Source: Bacteroidota bacterium (GTDB lineage: Bacteria; Bacteroidota; Bacteroidia; Palsa-965). Taken from it: a stretch of DNA of 64,000 nt. Position numbers and translations under genes: made by a program. Shown here one piece after another: positions 8,227-18,662 of the stretch. A model generated the notes under the pieces. The model saw nothing but the letters and a program-made list of their open reading frames with translations. It did no database searches and had not been told where the DNA came from. Numbering within the stretch: the stretch's first letter is position 1; every line of letters begins with the position of its first letter. The stretch lies in NCBI GenBank assembly GCA_016194975.1, contig JACQAM010000005.1, positions 85,266 through 149,265 of the forward strand. The letters are read 5' to 3'.

Positions 8227-9477
8227 TTATTCTCTTACCATCTTCCCCCTGTACACCCTCCCGTTAGCCCATATCTCTGCAAAATATATTCCGGCCTCCT
8301 CTCCCCTCAAATCAATTTCAATAACTGAAGTATCCACGGAAATATTTTTTATTTGCTCCCCAAGAGAATTGTAGATCACAATTGTTGTTTCCCCATTTGT
8401 ATTCCTGTGTATGAAAAATTTTCCATCGGAAGGATTAGGATAAATTTCAAATCCTGAATTTTCATTCTGATAACTATCGGGATTGAATTGTGTAAGTCCC
8501 GTTGAGACGGGATTTGTTTCCGCCAACCAGATCGTCATATTCATAATCAGCAATTGATGATTTCCTGCGGCATCAGAAAAATAGCCATTATATAAAACAT
8601 CATTCACGTCGCCTGTTCCATCGTCACACGGTGAACTGTCTCCTATTGCTGCAAATTTTCCATTGCCGAATCTTCCGTACAGCGCCATTACATTCGTTGT
8701 TCCTGTTGTAGATGAAGAAGTTTTGTAGATCACACCTTTCGTTGTTGCATTGTCAGAATTGTTGATCGTAAAAGTTGTTCCGTTCGACCACTGCGCTTCT
8801 GTTACATTTCCCATAGGTCCGTGCAGAATGGAATCGCCGGGAAGAGTGGCGGCATTTGTTGTGATCTGCGAAAAATTCTGGAGATCGACACTGAATCCGA
8901 ATGGATCATTCTGAACAGAATTATTGGTAAAAAGATCATTCCATATTCCGGGAGAATCCCATCCGTCGTTGTTGCGATCAGAAACTGTGTGATCAGAAAT
9001 AATGAAAAGCCCTCCTCCATTCTGAACAAAATTCAGTAGCGCAGTTTTTTCTGAAGAACTGAAAACAATATTCGGTTCGCAGACGATGAACACTTTGTAA
9101 TTCGAAAGATCCTGCGCATTGGAAGAATTTCCGTAAGAAATCGCTCCATTGTAAGGAAGTGTTTCCACCACGTAACTATGATTTGCACAATCGACTCCCC
9201 ACGCAGACAGTGATCCGTTCCAGTAAGTCTCGGGTGTGCTCGCGTTTATGCCCGACTGCGCAGGTGTAGGAATAGTTTGCGGATTCGATTCGTTTCCCTG
9301 TCCAACTACTGCGGGCCCGCTGCTGAAACCGATGTTGTGCGTATCAGCATCCACTACCCAATCGGCATTACCGGCCATTTCTGCTTTCGTTGCATCGAAA
9401 AGAATTCTTACTGCCGCTTGTGAAAATACAGAACCGTAAAGCAGTGTGAATACAAGAAAGAAAAAATATTTTTTCAT
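8227..9477 (-). CDS. Secreted hypothetical protein with type-A T9SS C-terminal sorting domain
   Basis: Signal peptide plus C-terminal FEIYPNPSDGKFFI...IYFAEI...GKMVRE T9SS CTD. Confidence 0.6.
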   Translation of the reverse strand: MKKYFFFLVFTLLYGSVFSQAAVRILFDATKAEMAGNADWVVDADTHNIGFSSGPAVVGQGNESNPQTIPTPAQSGINASTPETYWNGSLSAWGVDCANHSYVVETLPYNGAISYGNSSNAQDLSNYKVFIVCEPNIVFSSSEKTALLNFVQNGGGLFIISDHTVSDRNNDGWDSPGIWNDLFTNNSVQNDPFGFSVDLQNFSQITTNAATLPGDSILHGPMGNVTEAQWSNGTTFTINNSDNATTKGVIYKTSSSTTGTTNVMALYGRFGNGKFAAIGDSSPCDDGTGDVNDVLYNGYFSDAAGNHQLLIMNMTIWLAETNPVSTGLTQFNPDSYQNENSGFEIYPNPSDGKFFIHRNTNGETTIVIYNSLGEQIKNISVDTSVIEIDLRGEEAGIYFAEIWANGRVYRGKMVRE

Positions 9478-9480
9478 TGC

Positions 9481-11298
9481 TCAGCGTTGAATAATGAATT
9501 TTCCGTTTGCAATGTTACCTTCTTTTTCTTCGGCAATGAAATACATTCCATCCGGTAAAGACGCAACACCGGCGCTGAAAATTTCATCCGCACCATTCAT
9601 CTCCATCACCAGTTGGCCGTTGGTATCATAAATTCTGATCTTCACGTTTCCCCCGAAAATATTTTTCACATTTATCATTTCTGAAGCCGGCACTGGAAAA
9701 ACCGAAATTGAATTCAGGTCAATGGGTGCAGAAGAAAGACTGGTTGTAATACAAGACAACCCTAAACTTCCGCCAAGATCAGAAAAATTCATGTTGAATG
9801 ACTGGTAATATTCATTGGCAATAAGTACGCTGTGCACGATCACCGTATTCTCATCATTCTTCGTATCGGCAGTCGCTGTCCAGTTGTGCGAACCGGTAAG
9901 CACCAGCGGATCGGAAGTGGAATCACATTCATCAACGATGAGAAATTTATTATGATAAAGAAAAGTTGCATTGGAATAAACTTCAAGCATACTGCCAAGC
10001 CCGGAATTCAGAATCGGGTAAGCAGAGTATGGTGTACTGTTTTGATCGATGATCCCGGCAGTGTAAACACCGGCCGACTGCCGCGCAACAATTGCATTGG
10101 CATCACTCGATTCAGTGAAAGTATAAACACCGAAGAAAAGAGAATTGTTCGCAGAATTGATCTTATTCAGGATCTGGTTATTCACTCCATCTGAAGGACT
10201 GAAATATAATTCGACTGTTCTTGTTCCAATTGTAAATGTATGCGGCGTATTATCGGTTTTGAAAGGGCCGAACCTGGAATTCGTGGTATTTGCAACCATC
10301 CCGGTGTCGCCCCACATTTCATTGAATTCAGTGGTGTATGCCGTAGCAAGATTTTTATCACGAATGATAATGACATTATTGTAATCGGAATTGATCTGCT
10401 GGTCATCCCAGTTGGTAGAGCCCGTCCAAACGATCGGGTCATCCACGTTGGAAGAATGCGCATCCACGATCATGAATTTATTATGCATGATATTATAAGA
10501 TGCGCTGGTAGGACTTCCCAATTTAGGAATACCTGAATTCAGCAAAGAGAGTCCGCTGTTGGAAGAACTTCCATTGTATATCCAACGGATCTTCACACCA
10601 CGAGCGTAAGCATTATTGATCGCCGTTGCAATATTTGAAATGGAAGCAGTTTGAATATAATTATACACAGCTATGTCGAGTGTGAATTTTGCGCGATTGA
10701 TATATGCAATTAAAGTATCGTCGATCGTTTGATTCAGGTAAACAGCATTTATTCCGGAAGAAACAGCAGTATTCACCGGGTGATTGAAATAAACAGTGAT
10801 CGTTCCCGTTGAATTTGAAACAACAGAATTCTGTAGCAAACGATAATCATCGAAAGAAACATTTCCCGCCGATTTTACATACGTAAAGCGAAGGTGATGT
10901 GCCGCGCTGCTCACATGATATTTAAATACAGTTCCGGTAGTTGGGATCGGCTGCACTTTGCCAATAGTATCCCACGCAAGACTGTCGGGGCTTTCAAGAC
11001 ACACCAGCATGCTCACTGCATCGGTTGACAAACCTTTCACCCAGAATTGAACGGTGTCTGCATTTGAGAATGGAGGCGTGTTGATCGTTGCGAGATTCAC
11101 TCCGAACTTGTAGGCGTTCGGGCCGCTTGTTCCACAACTTGCAACAGAAGTATAATTTCCCTGGTAAGAAAAATTCCATCCGGCCGGAACCGTTGCAACA
11201 GTACCCAGATAATTCGTGAAATCTTCCTGCTCAAGAATGAGCTGCGAAAACATTCCACAGGGAAATAACAAAAGGAAAAAAATAAATAGCCTGCTCAT
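9481..11298 (-). CDS. Phospholipase-D-superfamily protein (two HxK(x4)D motifs) with T9SS C-terminal domain
   Basis: HNKFMIVD...GSTNWD and HNKFLIVD...GSHNWT HKD motifs. C-terminal SVFPVPASE...MYFIAE sorting domain. Confidence 0.7.
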   Translation of the reverse strand: MSRLFIFFLLLFPCGMFSQLILEQEDFTNYLGTVATVPAGWNFSYQGNYTSVASCGTSGPNAYKFGVNLATINTPPFSNADTVQFWVKGLSTDAVSMLVCLESPDSLAWDTIGKVQPIPTTGTVFKYHVSSAAHHLRFTYVKSAGNVSFDDYRLLQNSVVSNSTGTITVYFNHPVNTAVSSGINAVYLNQTIDDTLIAYINRAKFTLDIAVYNYIQTASISNIATAINNAYARGVKIRWIYNGSSSNSGLSLLNSGIPKLGSPTSASYNIMHNKFMIVDAHSSNVDDPIVWTGSTNWDDQQINSDYNNVIIIRDKNLATAYTTEFNEMWGDTGMVANTTNSRFGPFKTDNTPHTFTIGTRTVELYFSPSDGVNNQILNKINSANNSLFFGVYTFTESSDANAIVARQSAGVYTAGIIDQNSTPYSAYPILNSGLGSMLEVYSNATFLYHNKFLIVDECDSTSDPLVLTGSHNWTATADTKNDENTVIVHSVLIANEYYQSFNMNFSDLGGSLGLSCITTSLSSAPIDLNSISVFPVPASEMINVKNIFGGNVKIRIYDTNGQLVMEMNGADEIFSAGVASLPDGMYFIAEEKEGNIANGKFIIQR

Positions 11299-11495
11299 GG
11301 GAAACTTTATTAATTAAGGGCAGCAGGAATTACCGTAAAGTTACTGCAAAAAATAAAAGGCAACAAGTATTTAACAAATGGATAGCGGTTAATTTCCAGA
11401 GGTGTTCTTTTATTTCGCTTGCAGCATAAAATTCCATAGGCCGGCAGACGAATCAAAAAATAAAAATTATCCGTGCGATAAACTATCTTAGTGAA

Positions 11496-12236
11496 ATGAT
11501 GCGTCTCGTAGTGCCTGTTTATGTTCACACTATTTTTGAAGTTGCTGCTTTCGTGACTGGTTTCCGTTATTATTTATACCTCAGAAAAAAATCCATCGAT
11601 CCGGTCAAAGAAACAAATCGTATATGGATAATTGTTGGTGCAACCGCCGGCGCTCTTCTTGGTTCGAGAATACTTGGAGCACTTGAGGATCCTTCATGGA
11701 TGGCGCACCCGGGCTGGAAAAATATTTTCATTGCATTCAACAACAAAACAATTGTCGGTGGATTATTCGGTGGCACATTGGCGGTGGAGTTGACCAAAAT
11801 AATTCTCGGAGAAAAAAAACGTTCCGGCGACCTTTTCGTTTTCCCGATCCTGCTTGCACTTATCATTGGACGGATCGGGTGTTTGCTTACTGCACTCAAC
11901 GATCATACGGCAGGAATTTCTACTACGCTGCCATGGGGAATTGATTATGGCGACGGGATTTCCCGTCATCCTCTTCCCTTTTATGAAATTATTTTTCTCT
12001 CCGTAACATTTTTTGTGTTGCGGAAAATAAATGAAAAGTACACCTTAGCGAATGGTTCTCTTTTCCAACTGATGATGGTTGCTTATTTTATTTTTAGGTT
12101 CTTCAATGAATACTTGAAGGATGATCATTTGTATCCGTGGAAACTCAGCACCATTCAAACGGCTTGTGTACTCGGACTTTTGTATTATGCGAAAGTTTTC
12201 ATCCGGCCCGGACATCTGCTGAAACAATATGCCTGA
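11496..12236 (+). CDS. Prolipoprotein diacylglyceryl transferase (Lgt)-like membrane protein, a paralog of the bona fide lgt at 54650
   Basis: Multi-pass membrane protein. Lgt-like blocks GGLFGG, IGRIGCLL and HPLPFYE are present. Confidence 0.6.
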   Translation: MMRLVVPVYVHTIFEVAAFVTGFRYYLYLRKKSIDPVKETNRIWIIVGATAGALLGSRILGALEDPSWMAHPGWKNIFIAFNNKTIVGGLFGGTLAVELTKIILGEKKRSGDLFVFPILLALIIGRIGCLLTALNDHTAGISTTLPWGIDYGDGISRHPLPFYEIIFLSVTFFVLRKINEKYTLANGSLFQLMMVAYFIFRFFNEYLKDDHLYPWKLSTIQTACVLGLLYYAKVFIRPGHLLKQYA

Positions 12237-13632
12237 AAGACCTTATACTTATTTCGATTTCACGCTCAGTCTCTGCCCGCATTGCCTGAAACGTGTTGAT
12301 GCAAAAATAGTTTTCGAAGAGGAACTTGTTTTCATGCTGAAGCGATGCCCGGAACACGGGCACCAGAAAGTTTTAATTGCAACAGAAAAAGAATATTACC
12401 GGCTGGCGAGAAATTATATGAAACCATCTGAAATGCCTCTTGTGTTCAACACGCGCACGCATTACGGATGCCCGTACGATTGCGGATTGTGTCCCGATCA
12501 TGAACAGCATTCCTGTCTTACGCTGGTGGAAATCACAGATCGTTGCAATCTCACTTGCCCAACGTGTTACTCAGAATCATCGCCGCATCACGGACGTCAT
12601 CGTTCGCTTGAAGAAGTGGAAAAGATGTTTGATGCGGTTGTACGCAATGAAGGACGACCCGACATCATCCAGATCAGCGGAGGAGAACCGACCATTCATC
12701 CGCAGTTTTTCGAAATTCTCGATATGGCGAAAACAAAACCGGTCCGTCATCTCATGTTGAACACGAATGGAATCCGCATTGCGAAAGAAGAAGAATTTGT
12801 AAAACGCCTTGCGGAATACATGCCCGATTTTGAAATTTATCTTCAATTCGATTCTTTTCGCCCTGATGTATTGAAAAAATTGCGCGGAAAAGACCTGACG
12901 GATGTGCGAACAAAAGCGCTGGAGCATCTCAACAAATACGATCTGAATACAACACTCGTGGTCACTCTTGAAAAAGGATTGAACATGGATGAGATCGGGA
13001 AGATCATTGAATTTGCTATTGAGCAGCCCTGTGTTCGCGGTGTGACTTTTCAGCCCACGCAAATTGCCGGCCGGTTGGAAAATTTCGATCCGGAAAAAAA
13101 CCGCACGACGCTGACGGAAGTGAGAAGAGAAATATTGAATCAATCGGAAATTTTTTCTGAAAAAGATCTTATTCCTGTCCCGTGCAATCCCGATGCGCTC
13201 GCAATGGGCTACGCGCTGAAGATGGATGGTAATATTTTTCCATTGACACGATTCATTGATCCCGATCAATTGCTGGATAATTCGCAAAACACGATCGTGT
13301 ATGAGCAGGACGAAAAATTACATGAACATGTTCTCCGTCTTTTCAGCACTGCTCATTCTCCGTCTTCTGCAACTGAAGAATTGAAATCGCTGCTCTGTTG
13401 CCTCCCGCAGATCAAAGCGCCGGGGCTGACCTACAAAAATTTATTCCGCGTTATTATCATGCAGTTCATTGATGCGTGGAATTTCGATGTACGTGCAATT
13501 AAAAAATCATGTGTGCACATTGTGAATGGCGAAGGAAAAATAATTCCGTTCGAAACGATGAATCTTTTTTATCGTGAGCAACACAAACATAAACTCGATG
13601 AATTACGGAACGCAACAACCGCCGTCACCTGA
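12229..13632 (+). CDS. Radical SAM protein with N-terminal Cys-rich (zinc-ribbon-like) region
   Basis: CNLTCPTCY (CxxxCxxC) radical-SAM cluster. It is preceded by CPHC...CPEHG and CPYDCGLCPDH Cys clusters. The start overlaps the stop of the Lgt-like gene. Confidence 0.7.
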   Translation: MPERPYTYFDFTLSLCPHCLKRVDAKIVFEEELVFMLKRCPEHGHQKVLIATEKEYYRLARNYMKPSEMPLVFNTRTHYGCPYDCGLCPDHEQHSCLTLVEITDRCNLTCPTCYSESSPHHGRHRSLEEVEKMFDAVVRNEGRPDIIQISGGEPTIHPQFFEILDMAKTKPVRHLMLNTNGIRIAKEEEFVKRLAEYMPDFEIYLQFDSFRPDVLKKLRGKDLTDVRTKALEHLNKYDLNTTLVVTLEKGLNMDEIGKIIEFAIEQPCVRGVTFQPTQIAGRLENFDPEKNRTTLTEVRREILNQSEIFSEKDLIPVPCNPDALAMGYALKMDGNIFPLTRFIDPDQLLDNSQNTIVYEQDEKLHEHVLRLFSTAHSPSSATEELKSLLCCLPQIKAPGLTYKNLFRVIIMQFIDAWNFDVRAIKKSCVHIVNGEGKIIPFETMNLFYREQHKHKLDELRNATTAVT

Positions 13633-13918
13633 AAATAAAAGCAAGACGATCTGGAAAGTCCTGCGTGTTCAATTGACGATCTTTGCCGCGTACCAGATTT
13701 TAATTGGATTTCTTTCCATCGGCTCCGGCACCTACGATATTTTATTCAAAGACATGGCTCCCCTGCTTATTCACGAATTGGTTTTACTCATTCTTATGAT
13801 CCTCAGTTTTTCGAAAAAACAGGAAGGCGCCGGATACGGTTATCTCCTCTCCCTCATCATTGTAATGGTTGTAGGATTTGGTTCATGCTGTTATTTGAGC
13901 AGCGTATTAAGTCAATGA
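13598..13918 (+). CDS. Small integral membrane protein (paralog A; start uncertain)
   Basis: Hydrophobic helices. It is a paralog of the following ORF, sharing the ...LIIGxGSC... block. Confidence 0.4.
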   Translation: MNYGTQQPPSPENKSKTIWKVLRVQLTIFAAYQILIGFLSIGSGTYDILFKDMAPLLIHELVLLILMILSFSKKQEGAGYGYLLSLIIVMVVGFGSCCYLSSVLSQ

Positions 13919-13939
13919 GGAATGTCCTAAATTCACATA

Positions 13940-14350
13940 ATGAAAAGGACAACATTTAAAATTCTTATTTCGCAACTCGGGATCTTCCTCGGTTACTACC
14001 TGCTTTTTTACCGGCTGCACTTATCCTTCCTTCTGATCTTTGCATTTGCACTTCACATCAGCGTTTTATTTTTTTTATCGATCAGAAACTGGAAAAAGAA
14101 AAATGAAGCAAGAGCATTCGGTTTTATGATCCCGCTACTACTCGTACTTATCATTGGTGCCGGAAGCTGCGAAGGAATGTTTGCGGAAATGACCAATGGT
14201 GTGGCAGAAAATATTTCAGATGGAATATTTGAACACCGTGCGCATAAGAATGAAAAAATATACTTCAAGCACTTTTCGAAAAAAGAAAAACGAAAAATGA
14301 AAGAAGACTCCACGCGCATTGCAGATTCCATTGCGCGCTCGCAGGTGTGA
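13940..14350 (+). CDS. Small integral membrane protein (paralog B) with basic C-terminal tail
   Basis: Similar to the preceding ORF (TxxKxLxxQLxIF...KKxEAxxxGxxxxLLxVxIxGxGSC). Confidence 0.4.
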   Translation: MKRTTFKILISQLGIFLGYYLLFYRLHLSFLLIFAFALHISVLFFLSIRNWKKKNEARAFGFMIPLLLVLIIGAGSCEGMFAEMTNGVAENISDGIFEHRAHKNEKIYFKHFSKKEKRKMKEDSTRIADSIARSQV

Positions 14351-14478
14351 GAATAATTTCAATCACAAAAAAATTTCTGAATTTTCAGCTTTTCATTATT
14401 CATTCCTGAGTCTTCCGCAATAAATAATTATCTTTGTAATACACAACAAAAAACCTGCGTTGTAAGCAGGGAAAACAA

Positions 14479-16425
14479 ATGATAAACATTACTCTACCCG
14501 ACGGTGCCGTTCGTCAATATAAAGAAGGCACCACAGCGCTCGAAGTAGCGCAATCCATTTCAGAAGGTCTTGCAAGAAATGTTCTCAGCGCCAGGATCAA
14601 TGGCGAAATTCGGGATGCAACACGGCCGATCCATTCCGATGCGAAGTTGCAATTGCTCACCTGGAATGATGTGGATGGAAAAGAAACCATGTGGCATTCG
14701 TCGGCGCATTTGATGGCAGAAGCGCTCGAAGCATTGTATCCCGGCGTGAAATTCGGAATTGGCCCTCCAATAGAAAACGGATTTTATTATGACGTGGATC
14801 TCGGTGGGCAACAAATGTCGTCTGACGATTTTGCAAAGATCGAGAAGAAAATTCTTGAACTCGCGCAACAGAAAAATGCTTACGTGCGCAAAGAAGTGAG
14901 TAAAGCCGATGCTGAAAAATATTTCACAGAGAAAGGTGATGAGTATAAACTCGATCTTATCAAGGATCTCGAAGACGGAAAAATTACTTTTTACACGCAG
15001 GGAAATTTCACCGATCTCTGCCGTGGCCCTCACATCCCGAATACAGGATTCATAAAAGCAGTGAAGCTTCTCAATCTCGCGGGCGCATACTGGCGCGGCG
15101 ACGAAACAAAAAAACAACTCACGCGCATTTACGGGATCACTTTTCCGAAGCAGAAAGAGCTTGATGAATATCTTGTTCTCCTCGAAGAAGCAAAGAAACG
15201 CGATCACCGCAAACTCGGACGCGAACTTGAACTTTTTACTTTTTCGGAAAAAGTCGGGATGGGTTTGCCGCTCTGGCTTCCGAATGGAACTGCATTGCGT
15301 GAACGTCTTCAGAATTTTCTGCAGAAAGCGCAAATGAAAGCAGGATATGTTCAGGTGATCACTCCGCACATTGGCCACAAAAATCTTTATATCACTTCCG
15401 GCCATTATGAGAAATACGGTAAAGATTCTTTTCAGCCCATTCGCACACCGCAGGAAGGAGAAGAATTTTTTCTCAAACCGATGAATTGTCCGCATCACTG
15501 CGAAATTTATAAAAGCAAACCGCGTTCGTACAAAGATCTCCCTGTTCGCCTGGCTGAATTCGGAACCGTTTACCGCTATGAGCAGCACGGAGAATTGCAC
15601 GGACTCACGCGTGTGCGCGGATTCACGCAGGATGATGCGCATTTATTCTGCCGTCCCGACCAGGTGAGAGAAGAATTCTGCAAAGTGATCGATCTTGTAC
15701 TTCTTGTTTTCCGTGCGCTTGAATTTACCGATTACACAGCGCAAATTTCTCTCCGTGATAAAACAGATCGTTCAAAATACATTGGCTCCGATGAGAACTG
15801 GAATAAAGCAGAACAGGCGATCATAGAAGCGGCAGATGAAAAAAAACTGAAGACCGTGGTGGAATACGGTGAAGCGGCTTTCTATGGGCCAAAACTTGAT
15901 TTCATGGTGCGTGATGCTATCGGGAGAAAATGGCAATTGGGAACCATACAGGTTGATTATAATTTGCCGGAACGATTCGAACTCGAATACACCGGCGCCG
16001 ATAATCAGAAGCATCGCCCTGTAATGATCCATCGTGCTCCTTTCGGATCGATGGAACGTTTTGTTGCAGTTCTCATTGAGCATTGTGCCGGAAAATTTCC
16101 ATTGTGGCTGACACCCGAACAGGTGGCTGTTCTTCCTATAAGCGACAAGTACAATGAGTATGCTGAAAAAATAAAAGAGCAACTGAAAAATTCCGATATT
16201 CGTGCCTTCGTTGATGATCGCAGCGAAAAGATCGGGAAAAAAATACGCGATACTGAATTGAAAAAAGTTCCTTACATGCTTATCGCGGGCGAAAAAGAAA
16301 TGGCAGATGGAACAGTTTCCGTTCGCAAACAGGGCGAAGGTGATAAAGGTTCGATGCCGCTTTCCGATTTTGCTGAGCTCGTCAACATGGAAGTGAAACA
16401 CAAACTTGATTCTTTGAATTCATAA
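14479..16425 (+). CDS. thrS: Threonine--tRNA ligase
   Basis: 648 aa with TGS domain, class II aaRS motifs and anticodon-binding domain. It is followed by infC-rpmI-rplT. Confidence 0.95.
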   Translation: MINITLPDGAVRQYKEGTTALEVAQSISEGLARNVLSARINGEIRDATRPIHSDAKLQLLTWNDVDGKETMWHSSAHLMAEALEALYPGVKFGIGPPIENGFYYDVDLGGQQMSSDDFAKIEKKILELAQQKNAYVRKEVSKADAEKYFTEKGDEYKLDLIKDLEDGKITFYTQGNFTDLCRGPHIPNTGFIKAVKLLNLAGAYWRGDETKKQLTRIYGITFPKQKELDEYLVLLEEAKKRDHRKLGRELELFTFSEKVGMGLPLWLPNGTALRERLQNFLQKAQMKAGYVQVITPHIGHKNLYITSGHYEKYGKDSFQPIRTPQEGEEFFLKPMNCPHHCEIYKSKPRSYKDLPVRLAEFGTVYRYEQHGELHGLTRVRGFTQDDAHLFCRPDQVREEFCKVIDLVLLVFRALEFTDYTAQISLRDKTDRSKYIGSDENWNKAEQAIIEAADEKKLKTVVEYGEAAFYGPKLDFMVRDAIGRKWQLGTIQVDYNLPERFELEYTGADNQKHRPVMIHRAPFGSMERFVAVLIEHCAGKFPLWLTPEQVAVLPISDKYNEYAEKIKEQLKNSDIRAFVDDRSEKIGKKIRDTELKKVPYMLIAGEKEMADGTVSVRKQGEGDKGSMPLSDFAELVNMEVKHKLDSLNS

Positions 16426-16512
16426 AATCTACTGGCGCGGTATTCGTACGATCCGCGTTTTGAAGATTCATAACAATTCGAATTTCGTACGCAACTAAAA
16501 CAGGAGGTTAAA

Positions 16513-17130
16513 ATCGCAACTCCATACAGAGGCAATCGCCCATCATTCCCGCCCCGACCCGGCGGAACAGCATCGCGGCCACCATTCAATCGCGGACCGC
16601 GCGGACCACGAATCAAAGAAGAATTACACCGCATCAATGAAAAGATCCGTGATGTAGCAGAAGTACGTGTAGTAGGTGAAGGAATCGAATCGGGGGTCTA
16701 TTCCATTTCAAAAGCGCTGGATCTCGCAAAAGAATTCGGTCTCGATCTTGTTGAGATCGTTCCTTCTGCCACTCCGCCGGTATGCCGCGTAGTGGATTAC
16801 AAAAAATTCCTCTACGAGCAGAAGAAAAAACAGAAAGAGATCAAATCAAAAGCGCAGAAAGTTATTGTGAAAGAGATCCGTTTCGGCCCGCATACTGATG
16901 ATCATGATTTCAATTTCAAAAGAAATCACGCAATAAAATTCCTGGAACAGGGAGCAAAAGTGAAAGCTTATGTAATGTTCAGAGGCCGCTCTATCGTTTT
17001 CAAAGAACAGGGAGAGATACTGCTGCTGCGTTTTGCACAGGAACTGGAAGAATTCGGAAAAGTAGAACAACTTCCCGCACTCGAAGGAAAACGAATGCAG
17101 ATGTTGCTTACTCCTAAAAAGAAAAAATAA
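16513..17130 (+). CDS. infC: Translation initiation factor IF-3 with non-AUG start (AUC at 16513 after AGGAGG, or AUC at 16612)
   Basis: Conserved ...[16 protein letters not shown]...[27 protein letters not shown]...KEIRFGP.TDDHD. There is no in-frame ATG before 16792. The frame is open from 16465. Confidence 0.8.
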   Translation: MATPYRGNRPSFPPRPGGTASRPPFNRGPRGPRIKEELHRINEKIRDVAEVRVVGEGIESGVYSISKALDLAKEFGLDLVEIVPSATPPVCRVVDYKKFLYEQKKKQKEIKSKAQKVIVKEIRFGPHTDDHDFNFKRNHAIKFLEQGAKVKAYVMFRGRSIVFKEQGEILLLRFAQELEEFGKVEQLPALEGKRMQMLLTPKKKK

Positions 17131-17177
17131 GAGCATCTCTAATAACTTCGAACTGCTGCGTTTTTAGAGATGCCCAT
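17131..17177. repeat. Minimal copy of the GCATCTCTAA...TTAGAGATGC inverted-repeat element (MITE/REP-like), directly after the infC stop
   Basis: 10-bp terminal inverted repeats around a 21-nt core shared with the larger copies at 29337, 58353 and 61891. Confidence 0.6.
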
Positions 17178-17243
17178 AATATCAGTCGTTAATCAATTGT
17201 CATTGGTTGTTGGTTTTGGGTAACGCGTTATTCCCAATGACTA

Positions 17244-18605
17244 ATGGCCAATGATTTTTTTATGCAGTTACCAAAAACATACAGCGAAAAGATGAAGAAT
17301 CTCCTCGGCAATGAATTTGCTGATTGGGAAAAAACTTTTTCTTCGCCCGCGCCGGTAAGCATACGCGTGAATCCATTCAAGTGGAAAACTAATTTTCCTT
17401 CTGAAAAAGTACAGTGGGCCACCGGTGGATTCTACCTGCCGAAGCGTCCTTCCTTTACGCGTGATCCGTTTTTTCACGCAGGATTTTATTATGTGCAGGA
17501 AGCAAGTTCCATGGGAATTGAACAGGCGCTTCACCAGCATGTGGACCTGGGAAAAAATATTCACGTGCTTGATCTCTGTGCTGCTCCCGGCGGAAAATCC
17601 ACACATCTGTCTTCGCTCATTACAGAAAACAGTTTGCTCGTGAGTAACGAGGTGATCCGCGCGCGTGCGCATGTGCTCTCCGAAAATCTCATCAAATGGG
17701 GACGCGATAATTTTTTAGTGACCAATAATGATCCTGACCATTTCCGGGAGATTCCCGGATTCTTTGATGTGATGCTTGCCGATGTTCCCTGTTCGGGCGA
17801 AGGATTATTCCGGCGCGATCCTGATGCTGCTAAAGAATGGTCGCCGCCTGCTGTGGAATTGTGTTCGATGCGGCAGCGGAGAATTATTCTTGATGCATGG
17901 CCTGCGCTGAAAGAAAACGGAATTCTTATTTACAGTACATGTAGTTTCAACGAAGAAGAGAATGAAAAAAATATTGCGTGGCTCAAAGAAAAAATAAATT
18001 TCGAAAGCCTTTCCCTGCAGTTACCGGAAGAATGGCGGATCACTGAAACTTTTCATAACGGGATATACGGTTATCGTTTTTTTCCACATCGGTTGAAAGG
18101 AGAAGGATTTTTCATGAGCGTTCTTCAGAAAAAGGACCGGCCGGAAAAAAATCCGGGAAAACTGAAAGAAGGATTATCATTTGCAAATAATCGTGAAAAA
18201 GACCTGGTGAAAAATTTTGTAGCCGATCCTACTAAATTTGATTTCTTCAGCCACAATGGAAGGATGATCCTGTTCAGAAAAAATATTTCATCAGACATGC
18301 AAACGATCTTCCGGAAAATGAATATTGTTCACGCCGGATTACCGGTCGCTGAAATGCAGAAAGGAGCAAAACCCACGCACGAGGTGGCCCTGTCAACAGA
18401 ATTGAATCGCAAAAATTTTCGCGAACTTATGCTTTCGAAAGAAGATGCTTTGAAATTTCTCGCGAAACAGGAATTGAAATTTTCAGAAAATGAAACCGGT
18501 ATCGTACTCGCAACTTATAAAGGAGTTCCACTGGGCTGGCTGAATCTTCTGGAAAATCGTGCGAATAACCTGTATCCGAAGGAATGGAGGATCAGGAACC
18601 TTTGA
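17244..18605 (+). CDS. 16S rRNA m5C methyltransferase, RsmB/RsmF (NOL1/NOP2/Sun) family
   Basis: SAM-binding DLCAAPGGKS, catalytic DVPCSGEG and YSTCS motifs. Confidence 0.8.
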   Translation: MANDFFMQLPKTYSEKMKNLLGNEFADWEKTFSSPAPVSIRVNPFKWKTNFPSEKVQWATGGFYLPKRPSFTRDPFFHAGFYYVQEASSMGIEQALHQHVDLGKNIHVLDLCAAPGGKSTHLSSLITENSLLVSNEVIRARAHVLSENLIKWGRDNFLVTNNDPDHFREIPGFFDVMLADVPCSGEGLFRRDPDAAKEWSPPAVELCSMRQRRIILDAWPALKENGILIYSTCSFNEEENEKNIAWLKEKINFESLSLQLPEEWRITETFHNGIYGYRFFPHRLKGEGFFMSVLQKKDRPEKNPGKLKEGLSFANNREKDLVKNFVADPTKFDFFSHNGRMILFRKNISSDMQTIFRKMNIVHAGLPVAEMQKGAKPTHEVALSTELNRKNFRELMLSKEDALKFLAKQELKFSENETGIVLATYKGVPLGWLNLLENRANNLYPKEWRIRNL

Positions 18606-18662
18606 AATAAATTCGCTTTTGATTTCGGAATAAATTAATTTTACAATTCAAACTTTAATCCC

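Noticed and set aside
12577-13287. 236-aa minus-strand ORF antisense to the radical SAM gene
   Set aside because: Shadow ORF inside a well-supported plus-strand gene. Its composition is Arg/Phe-rich low complexity.
14560-16401. Long minus-strand ORFs (360 aa and 209 aa) antisense to thrS
   Set aside because: They are entirely embedded in the strongly supported thrS coding region on the opposite strand, low-complexity, and without recognisable motifs. They are typical antisense shadow ORFs.
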